Positions 45,730 to 57,559 of a stretch of DNA of 64,000 nt are shown in pieces. Below the pieces are notes generated by a model that was given only the letters and a program-made list of their open reading frames with translations, did no database searches and was not told the DNA's origin. The DNA is taken from the NCBI GenBank assembly GCA_002269645.1, contig NIVC01002427.1, positions 1 to 64,000 on the forward strand, read 5' to 3'. The translations under genes and the position numbers were made by a program. The stretch comes from Macrostomum lignano. Lineage: Eukaryota. Each line of letters opens with the position of its first letter. Position 1 is the stretch's first letter.

Positions 45730-47507
45730 ATGTCCAAATTTGCTGTGCTAAAAGTTGAAGGTCTGAGCAGCAGTGAAGATAGTGATACTAATAATGAAAG
45801 CAAGAAAACCACTGGTAATGGTCGTAAGTCAAAAAAGAACAAGCAACAGAAGCAACAGCAACCAGTGCCTGCTGCTAGAAGCAGCAAGCCTGCACAGCAG
45901 CAATCAAAGAGAAAATTACCAAACATGGAAGCACTGGCAGCACAGCAGGATGAGTGGCAGAAAAAAGATCAGGTTTGATTATTTGATTTGAATGTTATAT
46001 TTGAATTGTGAAATAGAGTAAGCTACTTAGTAAAAGTAGTAAAAAAGTGTTTTCCAAAATAGAATAACATGCAAAACGGTAAAGATTAAAAAACTTGAGA
46101 AACATAAACTAAAAACTAATTAGATGACGAGGCAATTGTAATTGATGTAAGTGTATAGTTACTCCCGCCGTTTACCCTGGCCGTGGTAAATAGTTGTAAA
46201 ATAACTCTACCGATCCAGGAGCTGTTAGACAGCAGTTATAAGCGCGAATTGGCCGAAGCAATAATGGCCAGCAGGCTCGAACAAGAAAAGCCTACAGCTA
46301 CAGCTTCGTCTGTCAATGCCAGCTCCCTGTCAGGCGTTCCAGGCAGTACTCTGACAAGAATTGAGGCGGAGAGCCGCCGGGCTGCGAACGCCACCGTGCG
46401 CAGAGAGAAACTCACCGAGAAGGAGCTTATTCGTCAGGAAGTTGAACTGGAGTTGCAGGCCAAGTTTCAGGTAAGACCTAATTTTAGTTTAGTCTAAATC
46501 ATCTACATGTAGTCCCATTTCCGAATCATATAGTCCCATTTCCGAATCATGTAGTCCCATTTCCGAATCATGTAGTCCCATTTCCGAATCACGTAGTCCC
46601 ATTTCCGAATCATGTAGTCCCATTTCCGAATCATGTAGTCCCAATTCCGAATCATGTAGTCCCAATTCCGAATTATGTAGTCCCTGATTCCGAATCACTT
46701 AGTCCCAATTTCGAATCATGTAGTCCGAATTCCGAATTATCTAGTCCCAATTCCGAATCATGTAGTCCCAATTCCAAATCATGTAGTCCCAATTCCAAAT
46801 CACTTAGTCCCAAATCCGAATCATTTAGTCCCAATTCCGAATCATGTAGTCTCAGTTCCGAATCGTTTAGTCCCAATTCCGAATCGGTTAGTCCCAATTC
46901 CGAATCACTTAGTCCCTGTTTCCGAATCCTTTAGTCCCTGTTTCCGAATCGTTTAGTCCCTGATTCTGAATCGTTTAGTCCCTGATTCCGAATCGTTTAG
47001 TCCCTGATTCCGAATCGTTTAGTCCCTGATTCCGAATCGTTTAGTCCCAACTCCTAATCACTTAGCCTAGCGCCTGGTTCTGAGTTTCAAGTCCGAGTCC
47101 ATCAGTCCAACCCAGTTGAAAAATACTACGAGTCCCAGTAAGAAGCAGAATAGCAGATGCAATTGCATTCCTCAAGTTCACAAATGCAACACTCCCTTTA
47201 ACAATGGATCCAGGAAGCCCTAGCCGTGAAAGAGGCCGAGAACGAGTCTCTACGAGCCGAGACCGACAGTCTGAAGCGTTCGCTGGCCAGTTCTGAAGCC
47301 CAAGTTGCTCATCTGAACTCTCTCCTCAGCTTAGTCGAAGGTAAAAAAGCCAAAGGTCTGTCCGAGCAGATCTACCAGCTCACATCCGTGATTTCCGAAC
47401 TGACAGACAGCACCAAAGTGCTGGACTCGGAGCTAGAGAAGGAGAAGACCAAGTCACGTCAACTGCAGGATCAGCTGGACAAGCTGAGGTCCAGTGCCGC
47501 TCGCTGA
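45730..47507 (+). CDS. GKAP1: G kinase-anchoring protein 1-like, 3 exons
   Basis: Exons 45730-45972, 46219-46470 and 47214-47507, phase 0. SKFAVLKVE..SSSEDSD, EWQKKDQ-ELLDSSYKRELAEAIMASRLEQE, and the C-terminal coiled coil ...ELTDSTKVLDSELEKEKTKSRQLQDQL match GKAP1 as recalled. Confidence 0.75.
46500..47060. repeat. 21-bp minisatellite (TTCCGAATCATGTAGTCCCAT/A), GKAP1 intron 2
   Basis: Tandem units. Confidence 0.9.
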
Positions 47508-47559
47508 AGTGCACGGGCTTCGTGATGCACCTTGAACGAACCCCAGATCCCATTTATCC

Positions 47560-48180
47560 CAGATCCCGAATTCCACTCCTAAATTGATCCCGCATTCCAC
47601 TCCTAAATTGATCCCGAATTCGTCTCCTAAATTGATCCCGAATTCCACTCCTAAATTGATCCCGAATTCGTCTCCTAAATTGATCCCGAATTCCACTCCT
47701 AAATTGATCCCGAATTCCACTCCTAAATTGATCCCGAATTCCACTCCTAAATCGATTTCGAATTCCACTCCTGAATCGATCCTGAATTTCACTTCTGAAT
47801 TGATCCCGAATTCCTGAATAGATCCCGAATTCCTCTCCTGAATAGATCCCAAATTCCACTCCTGAATTGATCCCGAATTCCTCTCCTAAATTGATCCCGA
47901 ATTCCTCTCCTAAATTGATCCCGAATTCCTCTCCTGAATAGATCCCGAATTCCTCTCCTGAATAGATCCCGAATTCCTCTCCTGAATTGATCCCGAATTC
48001 CTCTCCTGAATAGATCCCAAATTCCACTCCTGGATAGATCCCGAATTCCTCTCCTGAATAGATCCCGAATTCCTCTCCTGAATAGATCCCGAATTCCTCT
48101 CCTGAATTGATCCCGAATTCCTCTCCTGAATAGATCCCGAATTCCTCTCCTGAATTGATCCCGAATTTTACTTCTGAATT
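47560..48180. repeat. 24-bp minisatellite (GATCCCGAATTCCTCTCCTGAATA) downstream of the GKAP1 stop
   Basis: Tandem units. Confidence 0.9.
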
Positions 48181-48834
48181 GAGTCTTAGGACTCTTAGCA
48201 ATATATTTTTCTAAAAATTAACAGATACCGCGCATTTCTGCCCCAATATTGGAACTGTAAATGTACAAGCGTATCAGAGCAGACCATCTCAATTAAATTA
48301 AGTTTATAAGGAAATTAATTATTTAACCCTGTCATTGCCAGTTGCGAATGTAACAACACTTATAATTTAATATAAAAATCTAAACTAACTAGTTTTATAC
48401 GCTACTATAAGTAGAAAATCCAGCATATTTTAAAAATCTTGTTTTGTCTGTTGGTATTTAAAAGTTTTTTTTGCGAGAAAAAATACGACAAGTTTATGGA
48501 CAACACAATTTATACACCACAATTTGAGATAAATCTGCTTATGGCACGCGGACGATGAAAAAAACAAAATTCGAACAATTTTATTTAGAAATTAATATTT
48601 GCTCTTTCATATACATAAAAGACATACAAATTTAACAATATGGTATAATATAATTAAAATTTATAGAAACTGTCTGTACCGCAAATGTTTAGAATAGCCA
48701 GATGTGTCACTCGCAATTAATGTTGTGAAGAAAAAAACTAGATCGTCTACTGTTTTTCTCCGGGTTTGCTGCCTCCCGAGTCCCGACATATAGGGTTAGA
48801 ATGAACAACAAGCACTTAACCCGTACACAAGTGA

Positions 48835-49045
48835 GTGCAAGACGGACGAAACAGCCCCAACCTAGCTCAGCTAATGAGAGAGCAGTAAGGAGAGAGGTTC
48901 AAGTCAGATGTACGAAACTCAGCCTAGGGTGGCAGGCCCAATCTGGCTTAGCCAATGAGAGAGCAGTAAGGAGAGAGAAGACGGACGAAACTCAACCTAG
49001 GATGACAGACCTAGTCTGGCTCAGCCAATGAGAGAGCAGTAACAG
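48835..49045. repeat. Three imperfect about 80-90-bp repeats with GACGAAAC and (C/T)AATGAGAGAGCAGTAA motifs
   Basis: Motifs recur three times; probably a TE subterminal region. Confidence 0.6.
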
Positions 49046-50693
49046 TAAGGAAAGACTAAAATGAAAGTTAAACTGTTTATCGACGAGACAGGGAACTGGG
49101 GCGTCACCCCTTTTCTCTCTTGCTGTGCAACACGCATTGGTTTTAGCTTCAGTCTTAAATTGAATTCTATTTTAAATAATTTCCTAGCGACTAAAACAGA
49201 ATTTAAGATGCTAATTTAATAGGTCTGCTTGTAGAATTCAGAGACGACTGTTGCAGTTTTAAGGTTTAAAAAGGCAAAAACGCTAATTTGGCTAAGTAGG
49301 GATAAGCGAGTGGTATATCTAGACTAGCTATTCTAGAAATTGTGATATTTACCGAGTGCTTTATTACTCGCTGGAATAAAAAATTATTACGAGTAGCAGA
49401 CATACGAGTAAGACAGACAAGCAGACAAATAATGGCTAAAACGAAGTCTTAAACAAGGGTTCTCACGCGCTACAATTATGACAATAAATATTTGCGGGCA
49501 GCAATCGATATACATGCTGTTAACAATAGTCAAATTAAAATGGCCCATCAAACAACAAATTACATCGAATTAAAACGCTAGAGACAAGCCGGTTGCAGGC
49601 AGAGGAGAACTTGCCTCTAATTATAATAAATAGACTGACTACCTGCCATATGCATATAGGAATGAGAATGACGCAGCAGCCAGGTGTAGGTGAAGATGCC
49701 AATTTTGCCCAACAATTAGCAACGTACATCTTTTACAACACGAAGACACAGCACTATATATTAAAAAGTAAAGATAATTTCGCTTGAAATGACAAAAAAG
49801 GTCAGAACACGCACCCACACACAGATCTAAAAGAATTCTACTCGTACAAAGAATTTTTGGTAACGGCGCAAATATAAAATTACGGCAAGCGAACGCGCAA
49901 CGGTTATAGTCTATAATAAAGTGCGCTTACATTTAGCCAGTACTCTAGACAGGTAGCAGAAAATAGAAGAGTACATTATAATAGGTACAGTAAATTGGTG
50001 CAATATCAACAAAATAATAAACCAGAGTTCGTTCAAAAGAGTTTCTTTTAAACCAAAAAACCTACGCACTAACATAATCTCTAAATGAGTTGAGTCGAAT
50101 TCAGGTGAAGAAGGGAGATATGGATGCACTTTTAAACAGGGAAGGTGCAATTCTTAAAAGTGTGTACTTGTGTGGCTGGGAGGTTTAAATGTCCTTTTAG
50201 GCTGAGAAGATCGAAAAGTACTTTTAGGCTGAGAATATATTAGGTGGTAGGAAGGAAATTTAGTTTAAGGATAGAGTACCAAATGTACTTTTAGGCAATA
50301 AAGAGTAAATGAACTTTTGCTGAGAATATTGAATGTACTTTTAGGTCGAGCGTAGCAAATGTACTTTGATGAGGATGGGACGAACTTTAATTAACAATAA
50401 ATTAATAAATGAAGCGGCTGCACTAGAGAAATGACAATGAGTTGCAAGCATGAAAAAGCAGAGATCTAGAGCGTCGAGACTGTGCGGCTGCTCCACATGC
50501 ATCGTCCATGACGCAATGACAAAATAAAAAAACCAAGCATGAATTTTCCACTAAAAATTTATTTCTCAATCAAACAAATCTGTTGCTCTTTCCAAGAATC
50601 GCATAGAAAAAACAACAACGCAACAAAAGGTAAGCAACAGGACAAAACGACAACAAATAACAGAGTTAAGCTGATCACGTGATCTGCTTATGT

Positions 50694-53600
50694 TCAGGTG
50701 GCCGCGAGCTCCTGCATCAGGGGTGGCACCCTGGCAACCTGCAGTATCCGGGAGCCGTCGCTGTAGCGCACGTCCAGCCAGCGGACTCGAAGCAGCGCCA
50801 GCAGGGCGCGCTGAACGATTCGGCTGGCGGGTTCGCCAGATTCTGATTCGCACATTTTGGCGATGCCGTCCAGGTGGCTGAGGTACTGACTCTGAGCCTG
50901 GCGCACCTGCGGGTTGCAAACAGGAGGGCCTGTGTCTAAAAGAGGCGATTTTTCCAGGCGGATTTCTAAAAGAGGCGATTTTTCCAGGCGGATTTCTAAA
51001 AGAGGCGATTTTTCCAGGCGGATTTCTAAGAGGCGATTTTTCCAGGCGGATTTCTAAAAGAGGCCAATTTTCCAGATGTGTTTTTAAAAGAGGCGATTTT
51101 TCCTGGCGGATTTCTAAAAGAGACGATTTTTCCAGGTTTTCTAAAAAAGCGATTCTTTCAGGTGTATTTTCAAAAGAGGCGATTCTCCAAGCGTATTTCT
51201 AAGAGGCGATTTTTCCAGGTGTGTTTAAAAGAGGCGATTTTTCCTGGCGGGTTTCTAAAAGAGGCGATTTTTCCAGGTGTGTCTAAAAGAGGCGATTTTT
51301 CCTGGTGTGTCTAAAAGAGGCGATTTTTCCAGGTGTGTCTAATAGAGGCGATTTTTTCAGGTGTGTCTAAAAGAGGCGATTTTTCCAGGTGTGTCTAAAA
51401 GAGGCGATTTATCATTATCAGGGATGTTTTATAGCAAGCTATTACTTAAAGTTGTGTTGAAGCACTTATTAGGCGTGATAAATGGCGGTTTTTATTGTTT
51501 TCTATAGTCAACAGACGATTTTCCAAAACCTGTCCCAAGAAGCGACTATCTAGCAATGTGTTCAAACTCAGATTTCCCATAAAACAGACAGACAGACCTC
51601 CTCCTGCTCGGCAGAGGACAACAGCAGCGCCCTGTCCTCCTCAAGCAGATAGATTGCCAACAGTACAACCGCTGCCACTTTGCGGTGGCCGCCAAACAGG
51701 CGCAGCATGTCGCGATAATAGTCGGTCAGAGTCTGGTAGATTCGCTCCACGTCCGACACGCTGTAGAGGGCTCGGTCGTCGAGCCAGCGCTTACTAGTGA
51801 GGCTCATAAATGTGCCAATGATAGCCTCCCGTGTGTGCAGAACCGCCTCTTCGAGGCCGTCAGCAGCTTCGAATAGGACGACCCATGCGTCTCGATCGTA
51901 ATCGTAGGACAGTACGCTGATGATCTGGATTGCGCCGAATACTCGCAGCTGATGGGGTGAGGGGATTAGGGATGTGTACATCTCGAATGTCAGGTAGAAA
52001 ACAAGCCCATCAAATATTCGTATTAGGCTACCTTTTTAACCAGTTCCAGTTCTAGTGAACTAGATTAAAAAAATTCTGAATAGATTATCGAATGTCTGAC
52101 TGGATTATCGAATGTCTGATTGGATTACCGAATATCTGAATGGATTATCGAATGTCTGACTGGATTACCGAATGTCTGACTGGATTACTGAATGTCTGAC
52201 TGGATTACCGAATGTCTGACTGGATTACCGAATATCTGAATGGATTACCGAATGTCTGACTGGATTACCGAATATCTGAATGGATTACCGAATGTCTGAC
52301 TGGATTACCGAATATCTGAATGGATTATCGAATATCTGAATGGATTATCGAATGTCTGACTGGATTACCGAATGTCTGACTGGACTACCGAATGTCTGAC
52401 TGGATTACCGAATGTCTGACTGGATTACCGAATGTCTGACTGGATTACCGAATATCTGAATGGATTATCGAATGTGTGACTGGATTACCGAATGTCTGAC
52501 TGGATTACCGAATGTCTGACTGGATTATCGAATTTCTGACTGGATTACCAAATGTCTGACTGGATTACCGAATGTCTGACTGGATTACCGAATATCTGAT
52601 TGGATTACCGAATGTCTGACTGGATTACCGAATGTCTGACTGGATTACCGAATGTCTGACTGGATTACCGAATGTCTGACTGGATTACCGAATATCTGAT
52701 TGGATTACCGAATGTCTGACTGGATTACCGAATGTCTGACTGGATTACCGAATGTCTGACTGGATTATCGAATGTCTAAATGGATTATTGAATGTCTGAA
52801 CGGATTATCGACTGTCTGACTGGATTACCGAATATCTGATTGGATTACTGAATGTCTGACTGGATTATCGAATGTCTGACTGGATTATCGAATGTGTGAC
52901 TGGATTACCGAATGTCTGAATGGATTATCGAATGTGTGACTGGATTACCGAATGTCTGACTGGATTACCTTGACCAATTTGCCCAACAGATTCTTATCCA
53001 ATTGCGAGAGTATCGGCATAGCAGGTATTAATCGAATCATCTTTCTAACGGATTTCTCAAGCGTCGAAAATCCGTCCTCCAAATTAAACAGCTTCGAGGA
53101 CAAAGTCGAGGCGCACTGCTGATCGTACGGCAGCTGGTAGTCCGTGACGCACAGGCAGAGCTGGTGATAGATTGGCGTGGTCTCGAAGTGCCGGCCATCT
53201 GTCTGCCACCTGAAACAGTAAGGGCGCGTGACCAATTGAGTAATTAAGCTGCTGACCCACTATTCCTAAGCTCTTGATTCACTGTAACCCCTCAATGGGT
53301 CAATGAGTCAATAAGCTACTGACTGACCCACCTCTCTAAATCTTGACTCACTGTCACACTCCCTCAATGGGTCAATGAGTCAATAAGCTACTGACTGACC
53401 CACCTCTAACTCTTGACTCACTGTCACACCCCCTCGGCTTTAACGGGTCAATGAGTCAATAAGCTACTGACTGACCCACCTCTCTAACTCCTGACTCACT
53501 GTCACACCCCCTCAATGGGTCAATGAGTCAATAAGCTACTGACTGACCCACCTCTAACTCTTGACTCACTGTCACACCCCCTCGGCTTTAACGGGTCAAT

Positions 53601-56600
53601 GAGTCAATAAGCTACTGACTGACCCACCTCTCTAACTCCTGACTCACTGTCACACCCCCTCAATGGGTCAATGAGTCAATAAGCTACTGACTGACCCACC
53701 TCTAACTCTTGACTCACTGTCACACCCCCTCGGCTTTAACGGGTCAATGAGTCAATAAGCTACTGACTGACCCACCTCTCTAACTCCTGACTCACTGTCA
53801 CACCCCCTCAATGGGTCAATGAGTCAATAAGCTACTGACTGACCCACCTCTATAACTCCTGACTCACTGTCACACCCCTGCACGGGTCAATGGGTCAATA
53901 AGCTACTGACTCACTGACTGACCCACCTCTCTAACTCCTGACTCACTGTCACACCCCTGCACGGGTCAATGGGTCAAACCTGGGATCGAAGGACCGCAAA
54001 GCGCTGGTCTGCCCGAACTCTCCCGGCAGTATGGGCGTCGTTTCGCTATCAGCATCGTCCACGACTTCGTTAACGGTTATTGGCCCGGAAGAAGAGGCCG
54101 CCGCGGCGACAGCCGCGACCACCCCAGCATCCCTAGTAGCTTCATCATCATCATTGCCGTCTTCTTCGCCTATTCGGCTGTCGTCTGCGTCGACGATTTC
54201 GCCCTCGCCGACGCCGCTAGCCGAAGCCGTCATCTGATCGTCGAAGGAGCCGGAGGCCGGCTCCTGCTTGACCATGCCGCCGAACCTGACGCCTTCGAGG
54301 GACACGCAGGCCGGAGCTACGGAAGTCAGTGCCGACATCAGCTGCGAGTCGTCGATGTCGGCTGGGACGCGGCACCAGCGATAGCGCGGCTTCTTGAATG
54401 TCGGCCTGGCCCGGGAGCGGAGCTTCTCGTCCGCTGCGAATGGAATGGATTGAGTTGGGGATTTGGGCGTCGCAGACTGAACTGGGATTCTACAGCTAGT
54501 TTTGTGAGTTTATGGGATTTGGGATTGCAGTTTGGGATTTATGAAGCTAATTTAAGGATCTCAGCGGATTTTTGAGTGTAGTTTGGGATTTTGAAGCTAA
54601 ATTTCGGGATTTAAGGATCTCAGCGGCTTTGAGTGTAGTTTGGGATTTTGAAGCTAAATTTAGAAATTTCAGGGGATTTGAGACAGCACTTTGGGATTTT
54701 AAAGCTAATTTAGGTTTAGGGATCTCAGGGCATTTGAGAGTGTAGTTCGATATTTTGAAGCTAATTTTAGGGAGTTCAGGGGATTTGAAACTGCAGTTCG
54801 GATTTTGAAGATAAATTTCGGGATTTCAGGGGATTTGAAACTGCAGTTGGGATTTTGAAGCTAAATTTCGGGATTTCAGGGGATTTGGGACTGCAATTTG
54901 GGATTTTGAAGCTAATTTAGGAATTTCAGCGGATTTGAGACTGCAAATTGGATTCTTGAAGGGGTTGGCACTGTCACCGGCATTCGAAAGCCTTAATGGG
55001 TTTTTTAGGAATTTAAAACTAGGGATTTAAGAGAAAATCAAAGCAAACACTGGGATTGCTAAGACTCTGTGATTTTGGCAATGAAACTAGCTGGGACCCG
55101 GTACGTTGGGACATCGGATCCACTCAGGACAGGCAGTCTTACGCAGTATGAGGTCCTTCTTCATGCCAACAGCGAAGCACTTGTTCAGCCGGCAGGAAGT
55201 GCACGATCGTCGATATTCCTTGCTAATGTTGCAGCTGTTCTGATGCAGGCAGCGCAGCTGAGAAGTCTGCAGAAATTTTTCACGCGTCGCGTGCGTGGTA
55301 TGAGCAAGAGAGCTAGCATTTACCTGCATAGTTACTGCCCGGCTAGCTTAGAGAAATTCTAGGGAAGCAGGGTAGACAAGGTGGAGTCCATAGTGAGAAA
55401 GAGATCATGAGAGGGATGACGAAGAGAGACTGGGGATTGGGGAGATGATCAGAAAAAAAGTCTGGAAAGGTCAATGAGAATTATGGGGAAGTGTGGGAGG
55501 GAAACGTTAGGAAAGTAGAGTTTGGAAAGAGAATGATGAAAGAGGAGTCTGGGAAATAATGATGGAGGCTGAAAGAAGGATGGTGGAGGAGTCTGGGAAA
55601 AGGATGATGGATGAGTCTGGCAGAAGGGTGACGGATGAGTCTGGCAGAAGGATGATGAATGAGTCTGGGAGAAGGGTGATGGAGGAGTCTGGGAAAAGGA
55701 TGAAGGATGAGTCAGAGAGGATGATGATGGGAGAGTCTGGGAGAAGAATAATGGATGAGTCTTGAAAAGGATGATGGAGTCTGGGAGAAGGACGGTGGAG
55801 GAGTCGGAGAGAATGATGGGGAAGGAGGCTGGGAGAATGATGGGGAAGGAGGCTGAGAGAATGATGGGAAAGAAGGCTGGGAGAATGATTGGGAAGGAGG
55901 CTGGGAGAATGATTGGGAAGGAGGCTGGGAGAATGATGGGGAAGGAGGCTGAGAGAATGATGGGGAAGGAGGCTGGGAGAATGATGGGGAAGGAGGCTGA
56001 GAGAATGATAGGAAAGAAGGCTGGGAGAATGATAAGGAAGGAGGCTAGAAGAATGATGAGGAAGGAGGCTGAGAGAATGATTAAGAAGGAGGCTGGGAGA
56101 ATGATTGGGAAGGAGGCTGGGAGAATGATGGGAAAGGAGGCTGGGAGAATGATTAGGAACGAGGCTGGGAGAATGTTTGGGAAGGAGGCTGGGAGAATGA
56201 TGGGAAAGAAAGCTGGGAGAATGATTGGGAAGGAGGCTGGGAGAATGATCGGGAAGGGGGCTGGAAGAATGATGGGAAAGGAGGCTGGAAGAATGATGGG
56301 GAAGGAGGCTGGAAGAATGATAGGGAAGGAGGCTGGGAGAATGATTAGGAACGAGGCTGGGAGAATGATGGGGAACGAGGCTGGGAGAATGATGGGGAAG
56401 AACGCTGGGAGAATGATTGGGAAGGAGGCTGGGAGAATGATTTGGAAGGAGGCTGGGAGAATGATTGGGAAGGAGGCTGGGAGAATGATGAAGGATTCTG
56501 GGAAATAGGGAAATGATGGAGTCCAAGAAGCAGGGGAACAATGAGGAAAAAAAGGTTTAAAATAAATTCAGCATTAAAACAAACACTTTAAACGGCAATA

Positions 56601-56893
56601 AAAAACCTTACATCTCTCTTAGCATTCCGCCTAAAGAATGTTTTGCACGACTCGCACGTGGCCACGCCAAAGTTCTTCCCAGAGGCCAGCAGATCGCAGA
56701 CGAGGCACTTCGCTCCGGCCTTCAACGTCGACTGGCGACCCCGCCTACCTCGTCGACGCGGCGGAGGTGACGGCGACGGCGCAGCTGCGAAATCTTCGCC
56801 ATTCAGACCAGCAACAGAATCCTCTGCGCCCGTAGGGTCAGCCGGGTTCTGCCAATTACTGTCATCTTCGTTGAATTCCACGAATTCGCCCAT
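50694..56893 (-). CDS. Nuclear hormone receptor, HR96/DAF-12 (NR1J)-like, 6 coding exons
   Basis: Exons 56893-56612, 55266 (or 55257)-55143, 54433-53980, 53209-52969, 51948-51598 and 50906-50694. DBD CLVC...GKNFGVATCESCKTFFRRNAK / CLHQNSCNISKEYRRSCTSCRLNKCFAVGM. LBD SYDYDRDAW (HR96 has YDDDRAAW) and AF2-like PLMQEL. Confidence 0.85.
50935..51415. repeat. About 28-bp minisatellite (GTGTCTAAAAGAGGCGATTTTTCCAGGT), NR intron 5
   Basis: Tandem units. Confidence 0.9.
52070..52968. repeat. 20-bp minisatellite (TGGATTACCGAATGTCTGAC), NR intron 4
   Basis: About 45 units, starting at the first nucleotide of the intron. Confidence 0.95.
53240..53975. repeat. About 75-85-bp tandem repeat, NR intron 3
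   Basis: GGGTCAATGAGTCAATAAGCTACTGACTGACCCACCTC...GACTCACTGTCACACCCC units in two alternating variants. Confidence 0.9.
54480..54960. repeat. Degenerate about 47-bp repeat (GGGATTTTGAAGCTAAATTTCGGGATTT...), NR intron 2
   Basis: Recurrent motif. Confidence 0.75.
55380..56510. repeat. Purine-rich 24-bp minisatellite (GGGAAGGAGGCTGGGAGAATGATG), NR intron 1
   Basis: Tandem units; produces the artefactual GKEAGRMM and HHSPSLLP ORFs. Confidence 0.9.
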
Positions 56894-56997
56894 TGCCACA
56901 GATTTGGCTATTTTGCTGTGGTGCGGGACATGCAATGATAATTGTTGGAATTCGCTTGGGTCAGGCTCAGCTCCGAGCTGTGTTGTTGCTGGGGCTT

Positions 56998-57523
56998 AGT
57001 TCAAAGATCTGGGAGGCTGGCCCAGCAACTGAGGAACTGGGAGGCTGGCTCCGCAACTGAGGGAGGCTGAGGATCTGGGAAGCTGGCCCAACAACTGAGG
57101 ATCTGGAAGGCTGGTCCAGCAACTGAGACTCTTGGAGACTGGCCCAGCAACTGAGGATCTGGGAGGCTGGCCCAGCAACTGAGGATCTGGGAGGCTGGTC
57201 CAGCAACTGAGGATCTGGGAGGCTGGTGGCCCAGCAACTGAGGATCTGGGAGGCTGGCCTAGCAACTGAGGATCTGGGAGGCTGGCCCAGCAACTGAGGA
57301 TCTGGGAGGCTGGTCCAGCAACTGAGGATCTGGGAGGCTGGTGGCCAGCAACTGAGGATCTGGGAGGCTGGCCCAGCAACTGAGGATCTGGGAGGCTGGT
57401 GGCCCAGCAACTGAGGATCTGGGAGGCTGGCCCAGCAACTGAGGATCTGGGAGGCTGACCTAGCAACTGAGGATCTGGGAGGTTGGCCCAGCAACTGAGG
57501 ATCTGGGAGGCTGGCCTAGCAAC
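56998..57523 (-). repeat. 28-bp minisatellite family A, upstream of the first NR coding exon
   Basis: Reverse complement of the BRF1/VPS15 unit. Confidence 0.95.
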
Positions 57524-57559
57524 AGGAGACGCTGGGAGAACTGTGAGTCTGCCAGACTC

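Noticed and set aside
48323-48345. piggyBac-like end TTAACCCT
   Set aside because: No matching AGGGTTAA end was found.
48835-49045. CTAATGAG...GACGAAAC hammerhead-like order
   Set aside because: The intervening sequence cannot form stem II and the core is non-canonical; more likely CCAAT-type repeats.
55507-56541. 344-aa His/Ser/Pro-rich ORF and the opposite-strand GKEAGRMM ORF
   Set aside because: They come from the 24-bp purine-rich array in NR intron 1.
55087-56935. Two-DBD nuclear receptor (known in flatworms)
   Set aside because: The two Cys-rich exons are zinc fingers 1 and 2 of a single DBD.
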